From an uncultured bacterium (GTDB lineage: Bacteria; Ratteibacteria; UBA8468; B48-G9; DSTR01), in NCBI GenBank assembly GCA_964645405.1, contig CAZYCA010000034.1, positions 6,131 through 70,130 of the forward strand: DNA of 64,000 bases, given 5' to 3'. Positions 18,114-27,619 of this stretch are shown here, in pieces (positions within the stretch are counted from its first letter, which is position 1; the number at the start of each line of letters is the position of its first letter). The notes below the pieces were generated by a model. That model was given only the letters and a program-made list of their open reading frames with translations, had not been told where the DNA came from and did not search any database. A program made the translations under genes and the position numbers.

Positions 18114-21100
18114 ATGAAGATGAAAAATTTTTTAGTTTTGCTTTTCATGCTGCGGTATAGTTTTCTTTTTGCTGCCTGGTCAGCACCGGTACCCAAAGAT
18201 AAACTTCCCTTCTTCTCCTTACCGAAAATGTCCAGGCCACCTGTCATTGACGGAAAAATTGATGCGGAAGAATGGAAAGAATCTACAGCTGTCAGCGGTG
18301 TGGGCGGATGCACCAGTGGGATTCTCATTGCCCGTCCAACAACCTATTATTTAGCCTGGGACGAAAATCACCTTTACTGGGCTGTAAGAACCTGGGTGCC
18401 ACCTAACTATAAACCCCGTGTTGGTGGAAGAGAACCTGGTTCTGCCTCAGCGCATGATGACGGCTGTGAATTCCACTTCCAGCCCCTGGGTAAAAATGTT
18501 GCCCCTGGCAGGACAGATAGTTCCTTCAAGTTCATGATTAACTGCCTTGGTGTGGACGGGGAACTGGAAAGGATTGCCGTTGGTCAGCAATTCAAAAACT
18601 GGAATCCACATTTTCAGCGAGCCTGGAGACTCACTCCGGCCGGCAGTGCACCCAATGGTGGCCGCTGGTGGGAATGCGAGATAGCCGCTACCACAGAGGA
18701 CTTTGAACTGGTTAAACCCAACCAGCCAGAAGACCACTGGAAGTTTATGCTGGGATTCAATCATCTTTATGCAGGCTGGACCCAGGCAAGAATTCCTGCT
18801 ATCACCAGTTACTTTGACCCTGGTGGTTATCCTGTGGGAGTACTGACAGAAAATACTCCTGCAGTCCAGATGCTGATGGAAGACATTCCGGGACCATCAG
18901 GTGGCAAAGCAGCGATGAGGATAAATATCTATAATCCGGCAAGACAGACAGCGGTAATCAAACTTCTGGTTCTTTTCACGGATACCGGCAGAGAAAAAGT
19001 AGCTGCCCAGAATTCAGGCCAGCCAGCTGATTTAATCCGGCGGGAAGAAACAATAAAAATTTTACCCGGGGAAAGCTACACCTGGAAATTAGATGAACCC
19101 ATCTCCGGAAAACTGGGACAACGGCTGGGCACCATAGAAGTAAACGTTACCGAGAAAGACAGGCTTATTTTTCGGTATTTTACTTTTTTCCGGGAAGGTT
19201 ATCCCAGAGAAGCTTTAGAACCAGCACCCGCAGCCCAGGAAGCCTTCCCTTTGAAAACTACTTTCAACCCGGTGAAAAGCACTCTTTTTCTGGTAGCTGA
19301 TACCTACTATCTGGAGGAACCGGAGAAAGTTAAGGAAGTTACCTACCGCATTTTTCCAGAAACAAGCCAGCAGGTAATGACCACCGGTTCCATTACTACT
19401 TCTCAAACCTATTATTTCCGTAAGCTAATCGAGTTACCGCCCCTGAAACCAGGTAAGTATCTGGTGCAGGCAACATTAATCCAGAAAGATGGGACCAGAA
19501 TTGGTCCGGTTCAGACATCCTTTACCAAATTAGATGAAAGTAAGGTCTTTGCTGAGTGGTGGAATACAAAGCTGGGAGACACAGAAAGAATAATCAAACC
19601 TTTTACCGACGTAAAGAGAGAAGGAAAAAATATTAGCGTCTGGGGAAGGTGCTATCGCTTGAACTGTCTGGGGTTGCCGGAAAAAATTATCTCCCGGGGA
19701 CAGCCGGTAAGTGTCTCTCCAGCCAGAATTATTGTTTCCACTAAAGGGAAGAAATATAAGCTGGAATTTCCCGGCAGTCCAATTTTCACGGAGATTAAAC
19801 CCTGGCGGGTATCTTTTACTGGCAAGGCAAAAGGAGCAAACTTAGAATTTAAAAGCAAAGGCTGGGTAGAACAGGATGGCCTTGTTTATCTGGAACTCAC
19901 TTACAGCCCAGAAGGAAAAATGGTTTTACCTCTGGAAGGATTACAGATAGAATTTCCGCTTTCCGCGCAGCAGGCAGAATGTTTACTCTGTCTTGGCTCT
20001 GGTGGCAATTATGCAGCAAGAACTACGATGCTTTTATCTTCCGAGAAGAAAGGAAGAATCTGGACAACTCTGGATACAGGCAAGAACGGTTCCCGGATGG
20101 TGGTGGGCAGTTTCTACCCCTGTGTCTGGTTAGGTAACGAACAGCGAGGCTTACTCTGGTGGGCTGATAACGACCGGGGATGGGTTCCAGATGATGCTAT
20201 CCCTGCTCATGAGCTCATCCGTACAGAAAAAGAAGTTATCCTGCGCCAGAATATCATCGGTACCCCTTTTATTCTGGATAAAGAACGCACCATCATCTTC
20301 AGTTATATGGCTTCTCCTTTTAGACCACTGGTGAAAGGATGGAGAGCCAGTATCTGGTCAGCAGACGGTACTTTTGAAGGTCCAAACAAGGAAGTCAGAG
20401 ACCCAAAGACCGGTGAAAAAATCATTAACGGCTGGAACTGGTTAACTCCTCCTTCCAAAAACCCGGCCGACTGGGGCAAGATGTGGGCTTCCTATAAAAA
20501 AATTGCTGATGAACGGATTAAAAAAATGCAGCCGTATAACCCTTCAGGAGCAAGAAATGGCTATGGTTCCACAGTCCATACTTCCATACCACTTCACGGT
20601 TATGGCTGGAAAAGTCCTGATGAAAGTGTCACCAGCTACTTTGCTGCTGACTGGGAAGGTGATTCCTGGAACAAAACAGAGCAGGATTATTTTCTCTGGA
20701 TAGCCCACCGGGCATTTGGGGAAGGAGGATTAAGAACTATCTACTGGGATATTTTTTTCGTGAAGGACTTTACAGCCATCCAGACAGGTCTCCCCTACCA
20801 GTTACCTGATGGTCGGATTCAACCCGGGTTCAACGGCTTTAACCTGCGCCGTTTCATGATGAGGATGTACTCATTGATGGAAAGTCATGGACTGGTCCCT
20901 GGTTCTCAGGTATCCCATGCCACTAATTGTTACCCGCTGGTTGCCTGTCCCTGGATGGATGCCATCCTGGATGGTGAATACCATGCGATTACTGACGATT
21001 CAGGCATGGACTGGGTGGACGGCTATCCCATAGAAAGAATGCGAGCCATGTCAGTTCCTCAAAACTTCGGCACTGTCATCTCCTGGATGAATTTAATTTC

Positions 21101-21563
21101 TATCAAGGACCCGGTGAAAAAAGCAGCAGCTGTACGCGGATTCATAGACTATCCCAGACTTTATGACACCTGGGCAGGAGGTGGCTCTTACCAGAGGCTT
21201 CCGGAAACTGCCCTGGATTGGGGGCTGAACGAGGAAAAGACAGTTTATGTACCCTTCTGGCGCAACAATTATGTTTCCTGCCAGGACAAAGACATTTTAG
21301 TTTCTCTCTGGAAACTGCCTGACCGGGTAGCACTTTTAGTTTTTAACTACAACCGGGAGAAAACAAAAGATGCTACCATCAGAATTGACCTTAAAAAACT
21401 GAATCTGATACCCCGTCTTCCCTGGCAGGAATTTATTGGTATTCGCGACCTAATCAAGGATGCCAAAGAACCACCAGCGCAACTTGATTTCTATGCCCAG
21501 ACAGTAACTGTACCAGCCCTTTCTCCGCATACCGGAAGGCTGATTGGTCTTAAACTTTATTGA
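18114..21563 (+). CDS. Large secreted protein, CBM9-like N-terminal domain / 'ADNDRGW' family paralog
   Basis: The track ORF starts at a TTG at 18054. The ATG at 18114 is preceded by AGGAGGAG and gives the signal peptide 'MKMKNFLVLLFMLRYSFLFAAWSAP'. Motifs: 'PPVIDGKIDAEEWKEST', 'GLLWWADNDRGWVPDDAIPAHELIRTEKE'. Confidence 0.6.
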   Translation: MKMKNFLVLLFMLRYSFLFAAWSAPVPKDKLPFFSLPKMSRPPVIDGKIDAEEWKESTAVSGVGGCTSGILIARPTTYYLAWDENHLYWAVRTWVPPNYKPRVGGREPGSASAHDDGCEFHFQPLGKNVAPGRTDSSFKFMINCLGVDGELERIAVGQQFKNWNPHFQRAWRLTPAGSAPNGGRWWECEIAATTEDFELVKPNQPEDHWKFMLGFNHLYAGWTQARIPAITSYFDPGGYPVGVLTENTPAVQMLMEDIPGPSGGKAAMRINIYNPARQTAVIKLLVLFTDTGREKVAAQNSGQPADLIRREETIKILPGESYTWKLDEPISGKLGQRLGTIEVNVTEKDRLIFRYFTFFREGYPREALEPAPAAQEAFPLKTTFNPVKSTLFLVADTYYLEEPEKVKEVTYRIFPETSQQVMTTGSITTSQTYYFRKLIELPPLKPGKYLVQATLIQKDGTRIGPVQTSFTKLDESKVFAEWWNTKLGDTERIIKPFTDVKREGKNISVWGRCYRLNCLGLPEKIISRGQPVSVSPARIIVSTKGKKYKLEFPGSPIFTEIKPWRVSFTGKAKGANLEFKSKGWVEQDGLVYLELTYSPEGKMVLPLEGLQIEFPLSAQQAECLLCLGSGGNYAARTTMLLSSEKKGRIWTTLDTGKNGSRMVVGSFYPCVWLGNEQRGLLWWADNDRGWVPDDAIPAHELIRTEKEVILRQNIIGTPFILDKERTIIFSYMASPFRPLVKGWRASIWSADGTFEGPNKEVRDPKTGEKIINGWNWLTPPSKNPADWGKMWASYKKIADERIKKMQPYNPSGARNGYGSTVHTSIPLHGYGWKSPDESVTSYFAADWEGDSWNKTEQDYFLWIAHRAFGEGGLRTIYWDIFFVKDFTAIQTGLPYQLPDGRIQPGFNGFNLRRFMMRMYSLMESHGLVPGSQVSHATNCYPLVACPWMDAILDGEYHAITDDSGMDWVDGYPIERMRAMSVPQNFGTVISWMNLISIKDPVKKAAAVRGFIDYPRLYDTWAGGGSYQRLPETALDWGLNEEKTVYVPFWRNNYVSCQDKDILVSLWKLPDRVALLVFNYNREKTKDATIRIDLKKLNLIPRLPWQEFIGIRDLIKDAKEPPAQLDFYAQTVTVPALSPHTGRLIGLKLY

Positions 21564-23317
21564 GGAGAAAGAAATTGAAACCAAGAGAAAGATTTGTTTT
21601 TGAAAGCAGGTTTTACCGGCTGCAAGTGGACTTACACCGCGGTCACCATCTTTTTTTAGCCGGTGAGAGAAAACCTTTGTGGGAAAGTCGTTTTTGTTTT
21701 CTTCTGATACCGGAGATAGAAGGAGTAAACTGGGGTAATGTTACCAGCTGCACAGCCACTTATGAAAAAAACAAAATGCTTCACTGGAAATTATCTGCCA
21801 GACTTTCAGGCAAGGCTACCGGGTGGCTGGAAAACAAGTTTTACCTTTTTCCTGATAGAATCATCTGCCAGGCTAACTACTATTTAGAGCAAGACCATGG
21901 TCTTTGCTTCTGGGCAATTCTACCAGAAGGAAGCAAAATTGATGTTGATGAAATCTTTGTTTACCGGGGAAAACATAACCAGCCCGGTACTGGCGAGGAA
22001 ATTTCTCCTGATAAGGCAGCATTTTCCACCAGCAGTTGTAACTGGACATACTCTCCTCTTTCTCCAAGAATCTTCCTAAAGAAAAAAAATAAAATAGTGG
22101 GGCTGGGTGGTACTGAAGTAGCTTACGATTATGGCATTGAAGCCCGGATCGACTCTCAAGAAATAAAATTCTTCCGGTTCCATTATGGAGGCAAAGAAAA
22201 CCCCTTCCCGGGGAAAAAACAACAGATAATTTTTTCACCCAGACTTCAAATCAAGTTCAGTAAAGATATTTCCTGGCACCAGGCTAATGCTGCCTTTACC
22301 TCTGCCATGGAAGAAGATGGTGTTTTGATACCCAGACGTTACCGGCCAGAGGAAAAAGGCTGGTTTCGTCCCTGGTACTGTACCTGGGGTGACCAGCTAC
22401 TCCTGGCACAGGCTTCCTTACAACAGGATGTGAGCCAGCAGAACCGTTATCAAACCATCAAGCAAATTCTCTCTCAAGAATGGGTCCTGAAAACTGCTAA
22501 ATTGATTCGGGCAGAAGGATTGAATATCGGTACCATCATCATTGATGATGGCTGGCAGGATTACCGCGGGGACTGGAATCTGGATACGAGAAGATTCCCT
22601 GAGATGAGAAAACTGGTAGATGTTTTGCACAGTCTTGATTTCCGCGTTGTTTTGTGGTGGGCTCCCTTTATTCTGGAACAGGATTCTCTTAACTGGAAAC
22701 AGGGCAAGTTCATCAGTGGTACTGACCCGTACGGACAAAAAGTAATTGACTACAGCCTTCCTGAGACCCAGCGCTGGCTGGAAGAAAAACTACACCTGTG
22801 GTTTGGTTCAGGACCATCTGGCTGGAACATAGATGGTTTGAAACTTGATTTCTTTGTGGAAAGGGTAAGACCAGAAAACCAGAAAGGAGTTGCCTCCTGG
22901 AGGGGTGAAGAAAACTGTCATTACCAGTTAATAAAAAGGATATACGAGATTGCTTCAGATTACCATCCCTGTCCGGGGATTCTGGCAGCACCACATTGCC
23001 CTTCTCTGCTGCCTTATATCTTCTCTGTTTTCCTGGAAGAACGTTTTGATACCAACTTTGACATCCTTCTGGAAAAACAGGAGATGGTAAGGAGCTGGCT
23101 GCCTGGTTTAGCCGTTAGCTGTCATTTTACTTACAATCCTTCTTCTGTGCCTGAGTATCTTAAATTGTGTCAGAAACTGCAGGCAATTCCCCAGATAGGA
23201 GTTCTGCACGCCAGAACGTGTGACTATCTTTCACTGCAGGCAAATAAGCTATCGGGAAAAGTCTTCAGAAAAGTTGTCTCCCGGGAAAAATTACGTTGTC
23301 TCCTGAAGAAATTCTGA
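21560..23317 (+). CDS. Melibiase-like (GH27/GH36 clan GH-D-like) alpha-galactosidase family protein
   Basis: 'GLNIGTIIIDDGWQDYRGDWNLDTRRFPEMRKLVDVLHSLDFRVVLWWAPF' parallels melibiase 'LDDGWF..RDDD.S.LGDW.....FP.G.K.L.D.VH..G.KFGLW.EP'. The start codon is TTG as annotated by the track, so the true start is uncertain. Confidence 0.5.
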   Translation: MRRKKLKPRERFVFESRFYRLQVDLHRGHHLFLAGERKPLWESRFCFLLIPEIEGVNWGNVTSCTATYEKNKMLHWKLSARLSGKATGWLENKFYLFPDRIICQANYYLEQDHGLCFWAILPEGSKIDVDEIFVYRGKHNQPGTGEEISPDKAAFSTSSCNWTYSPLSPRIFLKKKNKIVGLGGTEVAYDYGIEARIDSQEIKFFRFHYGGKENPFPGKKQQIIFSPRLQIKFSKDISWHQANAAFTSAMEEDGVLIPRRYRPEEKGWFRPWYCTWGDQLLLAQASLQQDVSQQNRYQTIKQILSQEWVLKTAKLIRAEGLNIGTIIIDDGWQDYRGDWNLDTRRFPEMRKLVDVLHSLDFRVVLWWAPFILEQDSLNWKQGKFISGTDPYGQKVIDYSLPETQRWLEEKLHLWFGSGPSGWNIDGLKLDFFVERVRPENQKGVASWRGEENCHYQLIKRIYEIASDYHPCPGILAAPHCPSLLPYIFSVFLEERFDTNFDILLEKQEMVRSWLPGLAVSCHFTYNPSSVPEYLKLCQKLQAIPQIGVLHARTCDYLSLQANKLSGKVFRKVVSREKLRCLLKKF

Positions 23318-23444
23318 AACTGCATATTAGCCTGTCGCAGAAGATAAATCTGTTTAATGTTTTCGACAGTGCCCTGAAGCTCTGTTTGACTCTATCGCTG
23401 GGGCTGTCTAAAATATTTCCCATGACTAGCCAGAAAGGAGAAAA

Positions 23445-24698
23445 ATGAAAGAGACCTATGATGTTATTGTCATTGGCGGTGGAACCGCTGGAATTATTGC
23501 TGCTTTACAGTCAGCGCGCGCTGGTGCCAGTACTCTTCTTATGGAAAAACAAGGGATTTTAGGCGGTACAATGGTGACAGCTGGAATCCCTTACCCTTCC
23601 AGTTTTCACGCCTACGGGAAACAAATTATAGCCGGTATAGGGTGGGAGCTTTGCTGCCAGACGAAGAAAGAAACAGGAGAAGAAATCCCGGAACCAGACC
23701 AGAAAAACCCCAGGTTCGGGTTTCACATAAACCCGGCAGTCTTTGCTGCTATAGCTGACGAAAAACTTCTTGCAGCCGGGGCAGATATACTGCTTCATGT
23801 CATGCCAGCTACTGTGGAAAGAAAAGAAAACCTCTGGAAAATTACCCTTTGCACTAAAACCGGGTTGCGGGAAGTAAAATCAAAGGTTCTGGTAGACTGC
23901 ACCGGAGATGCCAATGTTGTTACTCTGGCAGGTTTTCCTGTACATATAAACCCAGAACTGCAGGCGGCAACACTGGTAGTTGGTGTGAGTGGTTATGACG
24001 CGGAAAAACTTAACTACCAGGCTATCCAGGAAGCCTTTGAAAAAGAAGTAGCTGCCGGCAACATGAGGCGGGAAGACCCGGGATGGGGTCGGGGAAAATT
24101 TGAATTTTTTCTCCGCAGTTATGGTGGTAACCGGATTCATCTTCCTGATGTAGATGGCCGTACCAGTGAAGGAAAGACAAAGGCTGAGATTGAAGGCAGA
24201 AAAGCGATGTTGCGAATTCTGAGATTCTGCAGAAAACAGCCCGGACTGGAAAACTTCAGAATTGACTGGTGTGCTCCGGAAGCTGGTATCAGAGAAACTG
24301 CAACCATTGTCGGCAAAAAGTTTATCACTCTAACTGACTATGAAAGTGGGAGAATCTGGGAAGATGCGGTCTGTTATTCCTGCTATGCCGTGGATATCCA
24401 TCGAAGTGACCATACAATCTTTCGTAATTTTGAACCAGGAATTTACCCCACTATTCCACTTCGAGCAATGCTACCTGCAGGAAGTAGCAATCTGATTGTA
24501 GCGGGAAGATGTATCTCCGGAGACAAGGAAGCCTCTTCTTCTTACCGGGTGGAAGCCAGCTGTATGGCTATGGGTCAGGCAGCCGGGGCAGCCGCTGCCC
24601 TGGCAGCAAAAACTGATACAGAAATAGAGAAGCTTCCACTGGCTGAGATTTATAAACTCCTGAGAAAACATAATGCCATTGTACCGGGGGAGCTTTAA
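23445..24698 (+). CDS. FAD-dependent oxidoreductase (PF12831-like, CAZyme-locus associated)
   Basis: N-terminal dinucleotide-binding motif 'YDVIVIGGGTAGIIAALQSARAGASTLLMEK'. A good RBS (AAAGGAGAAAAATG) precedes it. Confidence 0.75.
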   Translation: MKETYDVIVIGGGTAGIIAALQSARAGASTLLMEKQGILGGTMVTAGIPYPSSFHAYGKQIIAGIGWELCCQTKKETGEEIPEPDQKNPRFGFHINPAVFAAIADEKLLAAGADILLHVMPATVERKENLWKITLCTKTGLREVKSKVLVDCTGDANVVTLAGFPVHINPELQAATLVVGVSGYDAEKLNYQAIQEAFEKEVAAGNMRREDPGWGRGKFEFFLRSYGGNRIHLPDVDGRTSEGKTKAEIEGRKAMLRILRFCRKQPGLENFRIDWCAPEAGIRETATIVGKKFITLTDYESGRIWEDAVCYSCYAVDIHRSDHTIFRNFEPGIYPTIPLRAMLPAGSSNLIVAGRCISGDKEASSSYRVEASCMAMGQAAGAAAALAAKTDTEIEKLPLAEIYKLLRKHNAIVPGEL

Positions 24699-24703
24699 CC
24701 ATT

Positions 24704-25765
24704 ATGGAAGAGATAAATCTTGAGTTTCTGGAAACATTCCTCAACACCCCCAGTCCCTCTGGATTTGAACAGCCAGCGCAAAAACTTTTTGCTGACTATG
24801 TCAGGCCTTATGTGGAAAAGGTAGAAGTGGATGTTCACGGGAATGTAATTGCCACCAGACAACCTGAAGGAAACCCCAGGTTAATGCTGGCTGCTCACTG
24901 TGATGAGATTGGTCTGATGATTAACTACATAACTGATGATGGATTCCTGCACTTTGTTCCTATTGGTGGTGTCTTGCCTCAATCTCTGGAAGGTGCGCGT
25001 GTACTTATTTGTGGTCACAAAGGGCCTATTCCCGGGGTAATTGCCAGAAAACCATCACGTTTACGCCAGGAAAATGAGCAGGAAAAACCAGTTAAGTTTC
25101 CGGATTTATGGGTTGACATTGGTGCCAGGGACAGGAAGGATGCTGAATCTCTGGTGAGAATTGGAGACGCTGCTACCATCGCTACTGGTTTTCAGAGACT
25201 TTTGCACAATCTGGCAACTGCGCGCGGGTTTGACGACAGGTTAGGTGTTTTTGTCCTGGCTGAAACTTTACGGTTTCTTCACGGCAGGGAGGTAAAAGCA
25301 GCAGTCCTGGCAGTTTCCACAGTTCAGGAAGAAGTTGGTTCCCGGGGGGTGTGGGGTGTAGCTTATCGCTTAAAACCAGATATGGCTATCGTGGTAGAAG
25401 TAGAACATGCCTCTGATTATCCTGAAGCAGAGAAAAAAATAACAGGAGATGTCCGGCTGGGACAGGGTATTGGTTTTAATCGCGGTTCTAACATTAACCC
25501 GCAGCTGAATGAATTTTTGATGGAAGTAGCAAGGGAGGAGAAAATCCCCTGGCATGTTACTGCTGTGGCTGGTCCAACACCCACTGATGCCAGTGTAATT
25601 CATATCATCCGGGAAGGTGTACCCTGTGCTCTGGTCCGGATTCCTTTACGGTACATGCATTCACCTTCAGAAATTGTCTCTCTGGATGATGTAACACTGG
25701 CAGTGAAATTCCTTGCTGCTTTTATCCGGCGCCTTTCCCCGGGGCTAAATTTTCATAAGGAATAA
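24704..25765 (+). CDS. M42 family metallopeptidase (FrvX/YsdC/CelM-like aminopeptidase)
   Basis: 'TPSPSGFEQPAQKLF...VDVHGNVIATRQPEGNPRLMLAAHCDEIGLMINYITDDGFLHFVPIGG' is the characteristic M42 N-terminal region. It sits 6 nt downstream of the FAD oxidoreductase. Confidence 0.8.
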   Translation: MEEINLEFLETFLNTPSPSGFEQPAQKLFADYVRPYVEKVEVDVHGNVIATRQPEGNPRLMLAAHCDEIGLMINYITDDGFLHFVPIGGVLPQSLEGARVLICGHKGPIPGVIARKPSRLRQENEQEKPVKFPDLWVDIGARDRKDAESLVRIGDAATIATGFQRLLHNLATARGFDDRLGVFVLAETLRFLHGREVKAAVLAVSTVQEEVGSRGVWGVAYRLKPDMAIVVEVEHASDYPEAEKKITGDVRLGQGIGFNRGSNINPQLNEFLMEVAREEKIPWHVTAVAGPTPTDASVIHIIREGVPCALVRIPLRYMHSPSEIVSLDDVTLAVKFLAAFIRRLSPGLNFHKE

Positions 25766-25778
25766 AAAGATAGTCAAC

Positions 25779-27533
25779 TCAAAAGCAAGAATCTGACAGG
25801 TAAAAAAGATGGGGAGTAATTTCTTCCCTTTTCAAAGTATAAAAAACAGACTGGACCGGCTCAATTTTTAAAATAAGTTTTTGCCCGGGGAAAAACAGAC
25901 CGTAAACCTTCCACCCTTTCCTGGTCCTTTTTATACCTGAAATTTTCGGAATCAGGCTGCAGGGATTATTTTCCTTTCTCACCGGAGAAACCTGAAGAGC
26001 CAGACCAAAAAATGTGGCAGCTTCCAGACGGTTTATCTGCAGAGAACAACAGGATGATTCCACCAGAAGAACCAGATGATCAGCCTGGAGAGACAATTTT
26101 GCCACAGGTGCGGACAGCTCAGGATTAAAAAACCTTATCCCGGCATAGATGGTTTCCGTTTGTAGCAACAGTCCTTCTGTTAGTGGTTTCCTGGTGGAAA
26201 AATCAAAAGGCCATTGTTTCCCTTGCTCATCGTATATCTTCACCGCACCTTTTTCCCCGAGGTATATCCTGTAGGCTGGCTGGAATTTTCTTTCTGGTAC
26301 CAGGGTATGAGGACAACCAGTGTTCAGCCCGGAAAACTTTCCCCGGGAATGAGTGTCTATTTGTTTTTTTGTCAGCAACCAGCAGGTAGCGGAAAGAAGT
26401 TTCTCCTTTTTCTGAGCAGCAAAGTGACTTTCATAACGAGGAGCAGGAACAAAGGCTATTCCGCAACAGGGATTGGTGGAAGCATAAGCTAAAAACACCG
26501 GGGTTTCCGGATTGGTTATTTTCCTGGTAGAAGTGACACTGCCGAGAGCAAATTCCTGGTCCAGATAGTTTTTTCTGAGATACCCCGGGGAAAACGTTAA
26601 ATTGGTTCTTGGTAGAGAAAGTTTTCTCACGGCAGGCAGGAGGTATTCCGGAGAAAGACCCACTCCCAGCCAGAGGTGACAGCCCCGGGCAGGCTGGGGT
26701 GTACCAAGGACAAAATGAAAAATAGTATCCATAAGACTGCTACCTCTGACTATGTAGTGGCCTCTGGATTGAGGTCCGGTAAGCATTCCTATTTTTTCAT
26801 GGTAATTGAGCACTGCGTCAGCCAGTAGTTGCCGGAGAACATTTCTTATCTCCTGATGTAAATCTTTCGGGGCATCACAGGCAAGCATAATGGATAATGC
26901 GTGTAACTGAACCCCGGTATAACCAGGAGCATTATATTCCGGAATAAAGCCCATTCTTAAGATAAAATTGCGCCACTCTTCCCATTCCCAGCCAGCCACT
27001 TCTCTTACCCGGGGAAGCTTTATAATATCAGCGATACAGAGCCGGCAGGCCAGGTTAAGAAGAATAATGTTGGTGTAGTACAGATGGCCTCCCCGATGGG
27101 CATTAAGGGCTTCAGCTGCCAGCAGAAAAGATTTTTCCAGTTTTCTTTTCAAAGAAACAGGCATGACACAAGCCCGGTGTTTATAGACATACCAGAGCGG
27201 GGGAATTATGAAGGAGATAGCATTAGGGTCCAGCGCTTTTTTCCATCCGGAATAAGCCAGGAAATTTCCATAGGTCATGCTCCCGGGATTGGTATCCTGA
27301 TAATCGCAGATGGTGTGGAGCACCTTCCAGGCAAGTTTTTCCCTTCCCGTCATCGCCCAGGCAGTAGCCAGGTAGGAAGATTGCCACAGGTTGTATCCAC
27401 AAGCCTCAGAGTGGACAGAATGTTTATCCTGCAGTTTCCTGCCTGGTACAAGGCAGCTGACCGGGTCGACTCCCTCCCATCCTTTTTCCGCTACCTGTTG
27501 AAAAATCTCTTTTCTTTTTTTCTCAAAGTCCAT
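25779..27533 (-). CDS. Hypothetical cytoplasmic protein, possibly (alpha/alpha)6-toroid glycosidase/lyase-like
   Basis: A long ORF with coherent composition and no signal peptide. It is Trp/Tyr-rich ('LWQSSYLATAWAMTGREKLAWKVLHTICDYQ'), reminiscent of six-hairpin enzymes. No diagnostic motif was recognised. Confidence 0.35.
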   Translation of the reverse strand: MDFEKKRKEIFQQVAEKGWEGVDPVSCLVPGRKLQDKHSVHSEACGYNLWQSSYLATAWAMTGREKLAWKVLHTICDYQDTNPGSMTYGNFLAYSGWKKALDPNAISFIIPPLWYVYKHRACVMPVSLKRKLEKSFLLAAEALNAHRGGHLYYTNIILLNLACRLCIADIIKLPRVREVAGWEWEEWRNFILRMGFIPEYNAPGYTGVQLHALSIMLACDAPKDLHQEIRNVLRQLLADAVLNYHEKIGMLTGPQSRGHYIVRGSSLMDTIFHFVLGTPQPARGCHLWLGVGLSPEYLLPAVRKLSLPRTNLTFSPGYLRKNYLDQEFALGSVTSTRKITNPETPVFLAYASTNPCCGIAFVPAPRYESHFAAQKKEKLLSATCWLLTKKQIDTHSRGKFSGLNTGCPHTLVPERKFQPAYRIYLGEKGAVKIYDEQGKQWPFDFSTRKPLTEGLLLQTETIYAGIRFFNPELSAPVAKLSLQADHLVLLVESSCCSLQINRLEAATFFGLALQVSPVRKENNPCSLIPKISGIKRTRKGWKVYGLFFPGQKLILKIEPVQSVFYTLKREEITPHLFYLSDSCF

Positions 27534-27619
27534 CTGACTTTGCTGAGAAACTTTTTACTGCCTTTTCCCTGACTTCCAGAAAGTGTATCATGTTAATTGC
27601 CGGGAAAACAAAGAAAAAG

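Noticed and set aside
18054-21563. TTG-initiated long forms of the ORFs at 18054 and 21560
   Set aside because: For the 18054 ORF, a downstream ATG at 18114 with a strong AGGAGG RBS and a clean signal peptide is a more plausible start. For the 21560 ORF no better start was seen, so I kept the track coordinates and flagged the start as uncertain.
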